A DNA stretch of 64,000 bases from a virus (Duplodnaviria > Caudoviricetes). Shown one piece after another: positions 20,751 through 30,845 of this stretch (position 1 is the first letter of the stretch; each line of letters starts with the position of its first letter). The DNA is taken from the IMG/VR virus record IMGVR_UViG_3300010163_000006, positions 64,001-128,000 of that record, one strand, 5' to 3'. The notes under the pieces were generated by a model that did no database searches, was not told the DNA's origin, and worked only from the letters and a program-made list of their open reading frames with translations. The translations under genes and the position numbers were made by a program.

Positions 20751-21128
20751 TCTTTTGTAAGAATATTATTTATTTGGAAATTCATATCAACATTCTAACA
20801 AACTTTATTTAGGAGGATATTTATAATGAGAGAGTCATTACGAAAATTATGTAATCAGGAGGTGGCGATTGCTGCTGATATTGTTGATAAGGATGTGATA
20901 TAATGAATAAGAGGATTAAGAAGAAACCGCAGAAAAATATTCTCAATGAAATGCAACGAATGATACATGATACATGATACATGTACGGAACACGTGTTCA
21001 AGTTTGTCGATCCGGATATACCGCCGAATAGAACAGAACAACTACCTCCTTTTGAAATGGAAGAATTTCCTAAGGGAATGAAGGCATATGTATTCAAGAA
21101 ATAATGTAGAAAGGGGGATGAGGAATCT

Positions 21129-22187
21129 TTGTTAGCTTTCATAGGAGATCTGCATATTGGGACAAAGCTTCCTCAGGCAGATTATTTAAAATCTCTTGAC
21201 AAGTTCCTTGGTTTGATCAAAGAACATAAGGAAGAATGTCATTGTATCTTCGTGTGTGGTGATTTATTCGATCACAAGTTAACAATCGATGAAGCCAAGT
21301 TTGCTTCAATTTTCCTACTTAATCTCGTTTGTAATAACTGTGGTCGGAACGGTCACCAACATGTTCCAGTACATTTCATTCATGGGACATATGGTCATGA
21401 CCATGACCAGTACGAAATATTCTTACCAATGCTTGATAGAATTCCTAATGTCAATATATTCTATACAAAGACCGCGTGCATCAGTGTATTACGTAACGGA
21501 TTGCGTGTTTTATATTTACCCCAGGAATATGGAGATGTCGATTATTCTAAAGCATTTGATAAGAAATATGACATCATTGTTGGTCATGGACCATTGTCAT
21601 CAGAAACTAAACATCCGTGCAAATCAACACAGTATGAGATACTTCATTCTGCTGAACAACTCGGTGATATATCGAAACTTTGTGTTTTCGGACATTATCA
21701 TGGATATACTGATTTTGGTAATAATGTTTATTATACTGGACCATGGTTACGATGGAAATACGGTGAGGATGAACCAAGAGTCTTCTTCTTCTGTAACGAC
21801 AATTTCGAAGTGGAAACAGTTCCAAACGAATTTGCATTAGAATATGAAACTTTTGAAATACACTCTCCAGAAGAACTTCGTAGAGAGGTATCAAAGGAGA
21901 TTAACAATCCTCACAGATTTATCATTCATTGTAAGAACGATGAACTCACCGAGTATCATGCTATAATGAATGTGTTCAAGAAGAATCAATTCTTGAAATA
22001 TCAAATCATATCAGAGACCATCAGCAAAGATGATTCCATCAAGAAGTTTGATAGTAATCAAATAACCAATCCAATTGTTGAACCGGTTCCTGCATTGATA
22101 GAATATGTCAAGGATAAATATGACATTGATGTGTCTACTGAGATAAAGGAATACGAGACAAAAATCAACCGTGATAGAAAGGAATAA
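21129..22187 (+). CDS. SbcD/Mre11-like nuclease subunit
   Basis: IGDLHIG, CGDLFD, IHGTYGHD, VGHG, FGHYH, YYTG motifs; near the recombinase gene. Confidence 0.8.
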   Translation: MLAFIGDLHIGTKLPQADYLKSLDKFLGLIKEHKEECHCIFVCGDLFDHKLTIDEAKFASIFLLNLVCNNCGRNGHQHVPVHFIHGTYGHDHDQYEIFLPMLDRIPNVNIFYTKTACISVLRNGLRVLYLPQEYGDVDYSKAFDKKYDIIVGHGPLSSETKHPCKSTQYEILHSAEQLGDISKLCVFGHYHGYTDFGNNVYYTGPWLRWKYGEDEPRVFFFCNDNFEVETVPNEFALEYETFEIHSPEELRREVSKEINNPHRFIIHCKNDELTEYHAIMNVFKKNQFLKYQIISETISKDDSIKKFDSNQITNPIVEPVPALIEYVKDKYDIDVSTEIKEYETKINRDRKE

Positions 22188-22189
22188 AA

Positions 22190-22522
22190 ATGTACACTCA
22201 AAAATCCTGTACAATAGTCGATACTGAAGAAAAAACCACCAATATTTGGGATGCTTATGGGAGACCAAAATGGCTTGAAACACGTTATGTTTACAAGGCT
22301 GATGGCGATCCTATGTTAATCGGGAAAGATATGAATTTTCCTTTTATTATTAAAAAGGCATTCGTCTTTTTCGAGCAGGATATAAACCCAAAAGAAATCA
22401 GAAGGGACGAGCAAAGCGTTAGGATTTGGGTTGATACGCGTGAGATGAACATGTTGTATACAAATCCCAGAGAATTTATCAACGCACTCTTCCCGGACAT
22501 GAACAAACCATGTTGGTCTTAA
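22190..22522 (+). CDS. Hypothetical protein
   Basis: 110-aa ORF directly after the nuclease gene. Confidence 0.55.
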   Translation: MYTQKSCTIVDTEEKTTNIWDAYGRPKWLETRYVYKADGDPMLIGKDMNFPFIIKKAFVFFEQDINPKEIRRDEQSVRIWVDTREMNMLYTNPREFINALFPDMNKPCWS

Positions 22523-22568
22523 TATAGACTAACAATATTTATGCAATATGCAGAAAGGAATAAAAATA

Positions 22569-23366
22569 ATGAACAATTTAACTGAGAACAAATCCGATAT
22601 TTCTGTGGAATATGACATTGATAAAAATGTCATTTCTGATGAAGATCCCGAGGCTGTTAACAACCTTCTGAAATATACGAACTTCGAACTCAACGACAAC
22701 CTTAAGAAATTCATCACGGTTGTTGATGGCCTTAAGGGTAGCACAGACAATCTTGAACAAATGATCAAACACATCAAGTCATCTATATACAATGTGGATA
22801 TTGATGATAACAACGGATTGTCTATACACCTCAAAAACTGTAGGTTGTATCCTGTTCCTGAAGATAGGGAACAACTTAACACAGTTCGTGAATTCAAATG
22901 TGTTGTTAATAATCCGTCTCTGAAATCAGCGACAGAAAACAATACGATCTTGATCACACCTGACCTTTTCGAACTGGATTGTATAAAAATCACCAACGCG
23001 CATTACAGCCACGCCGATGCAACAGACCTCTTCAGATTTATTCTTTTGAATAAATATACTGATAATGTGGTATCATATAAATTCAATGTATCGGCTTTCA
23101 AGAAATTACCAAAGTTAGACGGGTACAATACGTTTCTCTGTTTGCAGTATATATTCGGCAACATTAAAATTGCACAGTTGCGTGGTATATCAGAAGATAA
23201 TATCATGTTGGAAATTAATAATTCTTACTACGATTACAATCCAAGACAATTCCTTTCCGGACAGATATTTCCTTTCGCTGAGGTTAAGGATGTTAGTCGG
23301 ACAGAAGATGGATTGATTGTACCCAAGGTGACTCGCATCATCCCGTTGGCAGAAGCTGAGATATAA
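22569..23366 (+). CDS. Hypothetical protein
   Basis: GAAAGGA RBS before ATG 22569. Confidence 0.6.
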   Translation: MNNLTENKSDISVEYDIDKNVISDEDPEAVNNLLKYTNFELNDNLKKFITVVDGLKGSTDNLEQMIKHIKSSIYNVDIDDNNGLSIHLKNCRLYPVPEDREQLNTVREFKCVVNNPSLKSATENNTILITPDLFELDCIKITNAHYSHADATDLFRFILLNKYTDNVVSYKFNVSAFKKLPKLDGYNTFLCLQYIFGNIKIAQLRGISEDNIMLEINNSYYDYNPRQFLSGQIFPFAEVKDVSRTEDGLIVPKVTRIIPLAEAEI

Positions 23367-23418
23367 ACGACGATCAAGGTACATCATTATACTAAAAATA
23401 GGAAAGGATTATGTTTAA

Positions 23419-24759
23419 ATGGCTACTAAAAAACAAAGTGTACTTGAAGCTGAACTTGCTAACGCTGACCTGATGTCCATCCTTTCGAGCGGTAGTTCTT
23501 CCAAAGTTTTTGAGAAGAACGAATTGGTCGATTACTGTTATCCAACGGGTATATCAGTAATCGACTATGCCCTTGGTTACAAGGTCAATGTCAGAGACGA
23601 ATCAGGTACCATCATCAAACAGAGAATATGTCTTGGTCTTCAAGCAGGTTCTTTCAACGTTCTCACCGGAGCAACTCAGTCGTTTAAGACAACACTTGGA
23701 ATGCAGATGTGTGCAAACATTGCTTATTCTCATGCGGGTAACGTGGTTCATATCGATGCCGAGAACAGACTGTCGTTACAGAGAGCGAAGACTTTAACTA
23801 AACTCCCCGAGGATTGGTTTGATGGGGATCATCCTCGTTATGCTATCAAGTATGGTGCTATTGGTTATGACACTCTTCAGGCATATGTTACTGAGATCTA
23901 TGAACGTAAGATGAGTCACAAGACATTACTGCTGAAAGATACTGGAGAAGTTGATGATCATAACAGACCCATATGGCTTATGCCTCCAACGGTAATGTTT
24001 CTTGACTCTATCTCTGATGTTATATCCAAGGAATACGACATGAGAGATAAAAAGGAATGGGATAAACAAAAAGAGATGCGTTCAAATACAGATGGTATGC
24101 AGAATGCAAAAACTCTTAAAGGTGTTATCTCTGACATACTGCCCATGATGAAAGAGGCTAACATTATATTTATTACAATCGCTCATGAGAATGCAAATGT
24201 TGCAATGACTGCATTTGCAGGACCGAAGAAACAATTCCAGTATGGTAACAAAGATATCAAGATCTCCGGTGGTAAAGCTATCGAATACAATGCTTCCGCA
24301 CTTATGACGTTTACTGGTGAGATTAAAGAAGATTCTCGCTATCATATCAATACTGATGGTTTCGAAGGAAACACTGTTCTGTTCGAACCAACAAAGGTAT
24401 CAACAAATGAATCAGGCAATGCTAAGACAGGTCTTGGATTCAGAATCATCGTTGATAAACGTAGAAACGGTGCGGACAATGTTAGAACCCTTGTTAAGTT
24501 CCTTGAAGACCGTGGTCGTATCAAGGGTGACAGGAGAGGTTACAAGGTGCTGTCTTCTACTGGTGAAGAGATAACAGATAAGTTCTCATGGAAGAACATA
24601 TACGAAGATTTCCAGAAAGACCCGGTAGCATACAAAACATTCATTCTGACCGCCAAGGAAGAACTCGAAACATTGTTAGCCGATGCTCCTGATGTAGCAG
24701 GTCAGATCGATCCTTTCAATATTGATAAGATTTTATCGGGAATGGATTTAACGGCATGA
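23419..24759 (+). CDS. RecA/UvsX-like recombinase
   Basis: PTGISVIDYALG, Walker A GATQSFKTT, HIDAEN, Walker B MFLDSI, ISGGKAIEYNAS. Confidence 0.88.
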   Translation: MATKKQSVLEAELANADLMSILSSGSSSKVFEKNELVDYCYPTGISVIDYALGYKVNVRDESGTIIKQRICLGLQAGSFNVLTGATQSFKTTLGMQMCANIAYSHAGNVVHIDAENRLSLQRAKTLTKLPEDWFDGDHPRYAIKYGAIGYDTLQAYVTEIYERKMSHKTLLLKDTGEVDDHNRPIWLMPPTVMFLDSISDVISKEYDMRDKKEWDKQKEMRSNTDGMQNAKTLKGVISDILPMMKEANIIFITIAHENANVAMTAFAGPKKQFQYGNKDIKISGGKAIEYNASALMTFTGEIKEDSRYHINTDGFEGNTVLFEPTKVSTNESGNAKTGLGFRIIVDKRRNGADNVRTLVKFLEDRGRIKGDRRGYKVLSSTGEEITDKFSWKNIYEDFQKDPVAYKTFILTAKEELETLLADAPDVAGQIDPFNIDKILSGMDLTA

Positions 24760-24801
24760 GTCGAAAGAAAAAATAAAAATAAGACAAAAGAAAGTTAAAA
24801 A

Positions 24802-24822
24802 CCGGGGGCATAATGCCCCCGG
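24802..24822. terminator. Terminator hairpin between convergent genes
   Basis: ccgggggcat-a-atgcccccgg. Confidence 0.7.
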
Positions 24823-24834
24823 ATAAATAACCTT

Positions 24835-25311
24835 TTATATATCGTCCAGAGAGACCTCATTCCGGAAGTCTTTCGGGAAGACATAATAATTGTAACCCGC
24901 ACCACCGCCATTAGATCGAGCGTATTTTGAAAATAACGCTTTCTCCTTCAGTTCAGGAAACTCTGTGCCACGAGATGGCTCAAAGCAGCCTCCCCATGTA
25001 GTGCGAATTAATATATGTGAACCGTCTTCTTTGGGTCGGAAGCACGGGGTTCCCTTTTTTGACACCCAGAATTCTCCTGGCATCCATTCAACTTTCTTTG
25101 CGTCGAAAGTAGCATTAATGTCGATCCCGTGGTATGTTACATCTAACCAATGCTGATCGATATTGTTTTCTGTTAACAGAAAACACATTGCTGGTTGGTA
25201 CTTTTCATACCGGCGTATTAATGTCTCTCCATTTCCAAGCTTGATAGATTTGTTGACCTCGAAATATTCCGGCCATGTAATCTTAGCGATTTCAATCATA
25301 TTATTACTCAT
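24835..25311 (-). CDS. Hypothetical protein
   Basis: AAAAGGAG RBS before ATG 25311. Confidence 0.6.
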   Translation of the reverse strand: MSNNMIEIAKITWPEYFEVNKSIKLGNGETLIRRYEKYQPAMCFLLTENNIDQHWLDVTYHGIDINATFDAKKVEWMPGEFWVSKKGTPCFRPKEDGSHILIRTTWGGCFEPSRGTEFPELKEKALFSKYARSNGGGAGYNYYVFPKDFRNEVSLDDI

Positions 25312-26278
25312 AAATATACTCCTTTTTGTCATTATCAAATACAAGTTCTCTGTCACGTGTGTCGCAATTCTTTAAATCACGAGCAACACCCTTCCAGTAA
25401 CCCTGGATGAATATCTTCTTACCGTTCGAATAATGTCTCCAATGTCCAGTCACGTACCATAAAGGTTTAGTCTTTGTGCTCTTGGGTTTTGCATTGATGA
25501 CTATGTCTTCTTTGTCCATCTTGTTTGTGTTAATGTATATCCGGCGGATATATTTCTTTGGTGGTTGTTTTCCACCCTTGTGTTTCTTTGAAGGTGCTGA
25601 CAGTATTGGCTCTCGTCCAGTACTGATGCATTTCTTTATCACCGGATTTTGCAAGAGAACATTAACGGCATACCAGAATGCAGTAAAGATATATCTCACA
25701 TCATCGATTACTCTAAAGATTCTACCAACATCTATAGACAACATATCAAACCTGTAAGAATACCATATATCTGTCACTGCCTTGGGTCCTTTGAAACCCA
25801 AATCCGGTTTGACAACGATCATGTTTGTACCTGCCTCTACGTAGATTACACAGAAGACTTCAAGTTTTTGTGACATATTAATTAATGTCACATAGACAGA
25901 AACAATGCCAATCGCACCCATTTGTTTTTTACCATCGATTACTTGCTGTAATTCCATGTGACGATATTCATCATCAAACAATGTCACACGACCAGCAATA
26001 TTGTGGAATTTAAATTCCACACTTTTAAGTGGAATATTATCCGCAAACACAATGTCGATCGGGATTTTAAAGTCAGAATCATCTTCTTCTTTTTGTCCGG
26101 TAATGTTCCTGACAATTGATATCAATCGCTCATCAAGATTATCAGAAACTTCCAATTTGTCTGTTGGTTTCGAAATGAGATGGTCACAGAAATCATTAGC
26201 AACTTCTTTGTTCATTATATAAACATATTGCGTTGGCACCTGTGCAATACTTTCTAAAAGTAGTTCATTAAGCTCCAT
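25304..26278 (-). CDS. Hypothetical protein with a C-terminal GHWR motif
   Basis: WYVTGHWRHYSNGKKIFIQGYWKG after a basic linker. Confidence 0.6.
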   Translation of the reverse strand: MELNELLLESIAQVPTQYVYIMNKEVANDFCDHLISKPTDKLEVSDNLDERLISIVRNITGQKEEDDSDFKIPIDIVFADNIPLKSVEFKFHNIAGRVTLFDDEYRHMELQQVIDGKKQMGAIGIVSVYVTLINMSQKLEVFCVIYVEAGTNMIVVKPDLGFKGPKAVTDIWYSYRFDMLSIDVGRIFRVIDDVRYIFTAFWYAVNVLLQNPVIKKCISTGREPILSAPSKKHKGGKQPPKKYIRRIYINTNKMDKEDIVINAKPKSTKTKPLWYVTGHWRHYSNGKKIFIQGYWKGVARDLKNCDTRDRELVFDNDKKEYIYE

Positions 26279-26301
26279 CGTTTAACAACCCCCCCCCTTC
26301 A

Positions 26302-27003
26302 TTAGTCAATGTTAAACAGCTCCATCATCTTCTCAGAGCATGTGTTCAATAGGAACCTTGACATTCCCGGTTTCTCATAACCTTGAACATAATTACAGTT
26401 GTTATACTTCCACAACCTGATGTGCTTGATTATGTCTGTCAGGTCAACGGGATGGCAATCTTCTCTGCATATACAGATATTATCATCCGGATACGCGTGA
26501 TAATACGCTATGGAGTCAACATCTGTGTTGTCCCGGTGCATATGCCCGTGGACGTTTGTATGACATCCAGTGTCTTCCGTAAAATGGAGTGGAACCGATA
26601 TATGACTGAAGAAGATATCCTTGTATCGGATACCATACACGACTTCGTCAAACCCGAGATTCTTATACGAATGGTCAGAGAAGGTATCGTTGTTCCCTCT
26701 GATCATGAACTTGTACTTTCCTGTCAACTGCCGTTCTGCTCGACATCCCAAAAGTTCATATATTGGCATGAATTCGGGTAAATCATCATCAACGAGATCG
26801 CCAAGGAAGATGAATACGTCGTTCTCCCCACATGCCTTGTTTTGCATGCGGATGATGTCTTCCCAATCCTGTTTAAGATAGAACGTACCGGCACTTTTGT
26901 CGTACCTGATTAAATGCCAATCGGTACCTAAGATTACCTTGTTACCGTTCTCGATTGTTGACGTAATGATTTCTGTTATTTCCTGATCCGTATATTTTTT
27001 CAT
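26302..27003 (-). CDS. Calcineurin-like metallophosphoesterase (second copy)
   Basis: GTDWH, LGDLVD, RGNND, FSH, NVHGHMH motifs. Confidence 0.82.
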   Translation of the reverse strand: MKKYTDQEITEIITSTIENGNKVILGTDWHLIRYDKSAGTFYLKQDWEDIIRMQNKACGENDVFIFLGDLVDDDLPEFMPIYELLGCRAERQLTGKYKFMIRGNNDTFSDHSYKNLGFDEVVYGIRYKDIFFSHISVPLHFTEDTGCHTNVHGHMHRDNTDVDSIAYYHAYPDDNICICREDCHPVDLTDIIKHIRLWKYNNCNYVQGYEKPGMSRFLLNTCSEKMMELFNID

Positions 27004-27067
27004 AAAATATTCCTCCTATATTTCGGGAGGGTTTATCCCTCCCGAAATATGTTTTATTATTGTACCT

Positions 27068-27792
27068 TCATTCCAACTGGAGTGAATCTGCGTCTTCCTG
27101 TCTCTGCCTCAACCGTTTCATCGCAAACGCTTCCTGCCTGAGACATTTAATTGTCTTTACGTTTGTGAAATTGTCTGCTGTAACTGCTGCTAATGCAGAC
27201 TTTGTTTCCGCCACTTCAGTTGACCATCCGAAGATCTTGTCAGTTAACATACCCAATGTGAAGCATACAATGACACATATGAACGATATCACTGCCATCC
27301 GCCAATCATACATCGCTTCCTTAACAATCAGAGTACCAAACGGTACAATGAATGGAATCATGTTGATAAATGACATTACGATCATTCCCTTCATTGTTGA
27401 CAGAGATGTTACGGTTCCAAAGATTTTGCCTGATGAAACCCTCTGAATATCTGGCATCTTTGAACGGAGGGTTTTCTCAAGATTGTGATTATACTCGCGA
27501 TCACAACTCTTTGTTCTGTAGGCCTTCTCTGCTGTACGTCCAATAAGTCTCGAAATCAACCACCATACATACAGCATCATTATCGCCCAAAAGATAGTCA
27601 TGCTGAACTGTTTAATCAGCGATGGCTCCTTGAGGTTTATTTTGGATATAAATGCACCTTCCAAAATACACGCGATGATTTTGCCATGAGCAATACCCAA
27701 TCAGGTATTCTCATCAGCCATTTCGACGTTGCGGTTCTTACTTTTTCCGCTGTACGCAACATCTTTGAAATTCTGGTCCTTAACTTTTTCAT
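27068..27792 (-). pseudogene. Frameshifted, truncated ABC-exporter transmembrane domain
   Basis: The RBS-led ORF (ATG 27792) stops at 27637. An overlapping frame encodes TM helices with SSGKIF, YDWRMAVISF and DNFTNVKTIKCLRQE (ABC membrane-domain-like) and ends with no ATPase domain. Confidence 0.5.
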
Positions 27793-27853
27793 GGACCACC
27801 ACATTCCTTTCTGGACAAGGTGATTTGAAATTATTCTTTTCATTTGTCCAATT

Positions 27854-27868
27854 AAATAATATATGTAT
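27854..27868 (-). promoter_or_regulatory. Phage promoter motif (ATACATATATTATTT on minus)
   Basis: Identical 15-mer also at 36362-36376. Confidence 0.6.
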
Positions 27869-27954
27869 AGAATGTTAAAATAATAGAAGCTGTAGCATAC
27901 AAAAAATATTAATTAAACAAAAAAAAGAGGACGCTATGCGTCCTCATAATTTCT

Positions 27955-28662
27955 TTAATGGGTTTTCTGTTGTTGTTTCTTTTTCGCACGTTTCTTCTGT
28001 TTTCGCGACCTGGTTTTCTTCCGTCGTTTCTTCTTCGGAGGATTCTTCTGTTGTCCCATACCGTCGTGTTCTACTGCCGTTTCATCTGTTTTGAGATTTT
28101 CTCCATTTGTCTCGGGTTGATCTGCTTCTGTGTTTTCTCCCTCTATTTTATTGATTTCTCTAACGAGGTTATCTTGCGTTTTATAGATAAGAGACATTGC
28201 GTCGTTTTCAATACAATTAAATTGTTTCGTAAGCTCTACTGTAAAACGAGATATCTCAGTATCGGTTAACGGTCGATTGTTCAGTTTAAAAGAACCCAGG
28301 ATGACGGCCTGAATATGTGCCTTCATATCAACCGTGTTAAAATCAGGAGGACTGGGGTCCTCGTTTGACGAATCGTCGGATGACACATCATCATCCTCTG
28401 CATCAGGTGTGTCTGTTGTTGCAGGAGGAGTTGTGATGTTCTCGTTGTTGTTAGCAGCCTTTGCAGCTCTCTTTGCAGCAATTGCTGCAAATCCATGCTT
28501 AGCAGACTTACAAGCTGTTGTTGCCATTGCTGTTGCAGCAATACCAGTGATAGCACTACCAATTCCAACAGCGGCAACGGGGTTCTTCTTGGCTACCTTT
28601 GACGCTTTCTTAACGATTCTCTTAGAGGACTTGTTAATCTTCTTAACAAATGTCTTTTTCAT
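27955..28662 (-). CDS. Hypothetical protein with basic termini, a hydrophobic segment and an acidic linker
   Basis: AAGGAG RBS before ATG 28662; K-rich N- and C-termini. Confidence 0.6.
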   Translation of the reverse strand: MKKTFVKKINKSSKRIVKKASKVAKKNPVAAVGIGSAITGIAATAMATTACKSAKHGFAAIAAKRAAKAANNNENITTPPATTDTPDAEDDDVSSDDSSNEDPSPPDFNTVDMKAHIQAVILGSFKLNNRPLTDTEISRFTVELTKQFNCIENDAMSLIYKTQDNLVREINKIEGENTEADQPETNGENLKTDETAVEHDGMGQQKNPPKKKRRKKTRSRKQKKRAKKKQQQKTH

Positions 28663-28729
28663 AAGTATTCTCCTTCTCCCTCTATATGTATGAGGGTATA
28701 AAATTATTTGAATAATTTGAAACACTATA

Positions 28730-28790
28730 TTTCTTTTTATTCAATATAATAATATATATTTAGAGGATTGAAATAATAGGTGGTAGCATA
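28730..28790 (-). repeat. 61-bp dispersed promoter-region repeat, copy 1
   Basis: tttctttttattca[a/c]tataataatatatatttagaggattgaaataataggtggtagcata; 60/61 identical to 61827-61887. Confidence 0.9.
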
Positions 28791-28834
28791 GAAAATATAC
28801 TGTATAATGGGGAGGGATATCCCTCCCCATTAAA

Positions 28835-29074
28835 TTAGTCTTTCTCAAAAGCCAATGCATCATATTCATTGGCTACATCTACTACGGCATTACTCATTAT
28901 TTTATCATGGGATTCAATAATCCCGTTTATAATTGTTTGTGACTCCGGAGATGATTCCAATAATCTCTTTTTAACACGATCAAGATTACCAGCTTCTTGA
29001 TCGTATATTGTTACAAATAATACAGCAAGATTGTTTATTTCTTCATTTGTTAATTCTGTATTCATACACTTCAC
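28835..29074 (-). CDS. Hypothetical protein
   Basis: 79-aa ORF with AAGAGGTG RBS; start may be 29068. Confidence 0.55.
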   Translation of the reverse strand: MKCMNTELTNEEINNLAVLFVTIYDQEAGNLDRVKKRLLESSPESQTIINGIIESHDKIMSNAVVDVANEYDALAFEKD

Positions 29075-29088
29075 CTCTTTTACTTTAC

Positions 29089-29122
29089 AAAAAATAATCC
29101 CCCAAATATTTGGGGGATTATT
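29089..29122 (-). terminator. Intrinsic terminator closing pentamer array 1
   Basis: aataatcccccaaa-ta-tttgggggattatt hairpin; the plus-strand A-tract is a U-tract on minus. Confidence 0.8.
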
Positions 29123-29130
29123 GTCTCTTC

Positions 29131-29586
29131 ACCAAGCATCACAAGACTGAACCAAGCCTCACCATGACAGAACTAAAATAAACTATACTTAGCTTCACCA
29201 TCACTCTACATGACGTTGCCTCACCAGTACCAAACAACACAATACCTGACAATATCATACCATGACGATACTTGGCTGAACCATCACGTTAATATACCCG
29301 ACACCACTCAACTTTACCAATACACCACCCACTTCAATACACCTGACAACACTCTACCAATACATGACGGGACTGAACGATGCCACACCAACACATTGCA
29401 TCACCCCACGAAACATGACAAAGCCTTACATTCACTTAACTCTGCAACACTATGCGTAACCTTAACGTTACTGTGCAACTCACAGCTATGCCTTTACTGA
29501 ACATCAGGTCATGTAATACTATATACATACCATCACATGACCTGACTACACCACACTTTAATACGCCACACTTCACTTTACCATGG
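29131..29586 (-). ncRNA. Pentamer-periodic array 1, (NN-NGY)n; candidate guide-RNA array
   Basis: Plus strand parses as accaa gcatc acaag actga accaa gcctc ACCATG acaga actaa aataa actat actta gcttc ACCATC actct acatg acgtt gcctc ACCAGT...; begins about 20 nt after the RAMP stop codon and ends at a terminator. Confidence 0.75.
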
Positions 29587-29605
29587 CTGTGATATTTGTG
29601 GCTGA

Positions 29606-30238
29606 TTAGTGTTCTGAAGCATTACCCCCGATTACATTTCCGTCGGCATCAAGCTCTTCCCAGACAAATTTACCCTTTCCACTGTTGCGCCACTGACCCG
29701 TTCCGTGGTAGAATCCATAGTCCAACCATTCACGAACGAGTGTTTCATCTTCATCCACCATACACAGTACGGTGAATTCGTTAGTGGAGCCGACCGGCAC
29801 GGTTTCTGAACATGCCAGTGAAACACGTTCACCCTGTGGTGTGTTGGCTCTTAACGGTCTCTGACACAACGTTATCTCACCATTAACGTTGATGACGGAT
29901 TTGCGTTCCTTGATAAAGATCAGACCGTCTATCTGTTTCTTAAACGCTTTGATCTTTGATGAAGCGGTACCTTTAACCTTTTTGAGGAAACTACAGGTCT
30001 CCTTGAAGTAACCTCGCCACTGATAGTCGTAAATGATCAGATTTCCGTCATCGTCTCTCGGGAATACGGTTGTTCCCTTTTCAACAGTCGGATCAACACC
30101 GACAGATGCTACCTCATCATCGATTGTGGTTGCATCGGGTGACTTCGAAGCGATGTAGCTTCTGTAGATTTCCTGGTCATTGGTTGCTGTGCCAAGCAGC
30201 TCCTCGATAAATGTTACGCGTACTCTGATTTCTTTCAT
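29606..30238 (-). CDS. Stand-alone Cas7/RAMP-superfamily protein
   Basis: N-terminal strand IRVRVTFIEELLG; IYDYQWRGYFKE (Cas7-like iPgss.kG.lr position); ETVPVGS; C-terminal glycine-rich loop GTGQWRNSGKGKF; AAAGGAGGT RBS before ATG 30238. Confidence 0.75.
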   Translation of the reverse strand: MKEIRVRVTFIEELLGTATNDQEIYRSYIASKSPDATTIDDEVASVGVDPTVEKGTTVFPRDDDGNLIIYDYQWRGYFKETCSFLKKVKGTASSKIKAFKKQIDGLIFIKERKSVINVNGEITLCQRPLRANTPQGERVSLACSETVPVGSTNEFTVLCMVDEDETLVREWLDYGFYHGTGQWRNSGKGKFVWEELDADGNVIGGNASEH

Positions 30239-30341
30239 AGAAATCAACCTCCTTTAGATAAATAATAAGTAGTTTATGGATATCTCATTTCTGATATATC
30301 CATAATAATTAAATATATTTCAAAAATAAGAAAAATAGAAA

Positions 30342-30361
30342 GTCCGGGGATAATCCCCGGA
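30342..30361 (-). terminator. Terminator-like hairpin after the 30378 gene
   Basis: ccggggat-a-atccccgg stem with an A-rich left flank. Confidence 0.65.
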
Positions 30362-30377
30362 CATGAAATTCTTCTAT

Positions 30378-30764
30378 TTATGGAGCCGGATATATGACAA
30401 AAGTTTTCAGACCTTTGATCTTGAACCCGCCGTCTTCTGTCGGTTCTCCGAACACTCTTGGGACGGCAATCAATTTGGGATTGTTTGACACAAATTCCTT
30501 GATCATTTTGTCAGATTGGTCAAATTCAACATCTATCCACCCACCAACAAATCCCATATCATAACCAGTTATCACTCCTATGATATCATTTATATCAACT
30601 CTCAAATGTAAAATATCTACTGTTTTACAGTCTGTTCCCTTCACAACCTTCATACCAACCAAACCATGTGTAGATATATGTTTGTATAAGTCTTTAAATG
30701 ATAGACATTCGTTGATTCTGACGGGAATGGTTTTCCTGATCTTCTTAGGGATCCTGACTTTCAT
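30378..30764 (-). CDS. Hypothetical protein between the RAMP gene and array 2
   Basis: AAAGGAG RBS before ATG 30764; track ORF starts at 30785. Confidence 0.6.
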   Translation of the reverse strand: MKVRIPKKIRKTIPVRINECLSFKDLYKHISTHGLVGMKVVKGTDCKTVDILHLRVDINDIIGVITGYDMGFVGGWIDVEFDQSDKMIKEFVSNNPKLIAVPRVFGEPTEDGGFKIKGLKTFVIYPAP

Positions 30765-30790
30765 TAATTTATCACTCCTTTCCATATAAT

Positions 30791-30829
30791 AAAAAATAAC
30801 CCCCGTAAGGTGGGAGGAGGTTATTTTTC
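30791..30829 (-). terminator. Terminator-like hairpin closing pentamer array 2
   Basis: aaaaaataacc-ccc...ggaggttattttt imperfect stem flanked by A/T tracts. Confidence 0.6.
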
Positions 30830-30845
30830 TTTAAGATATGTCGTT

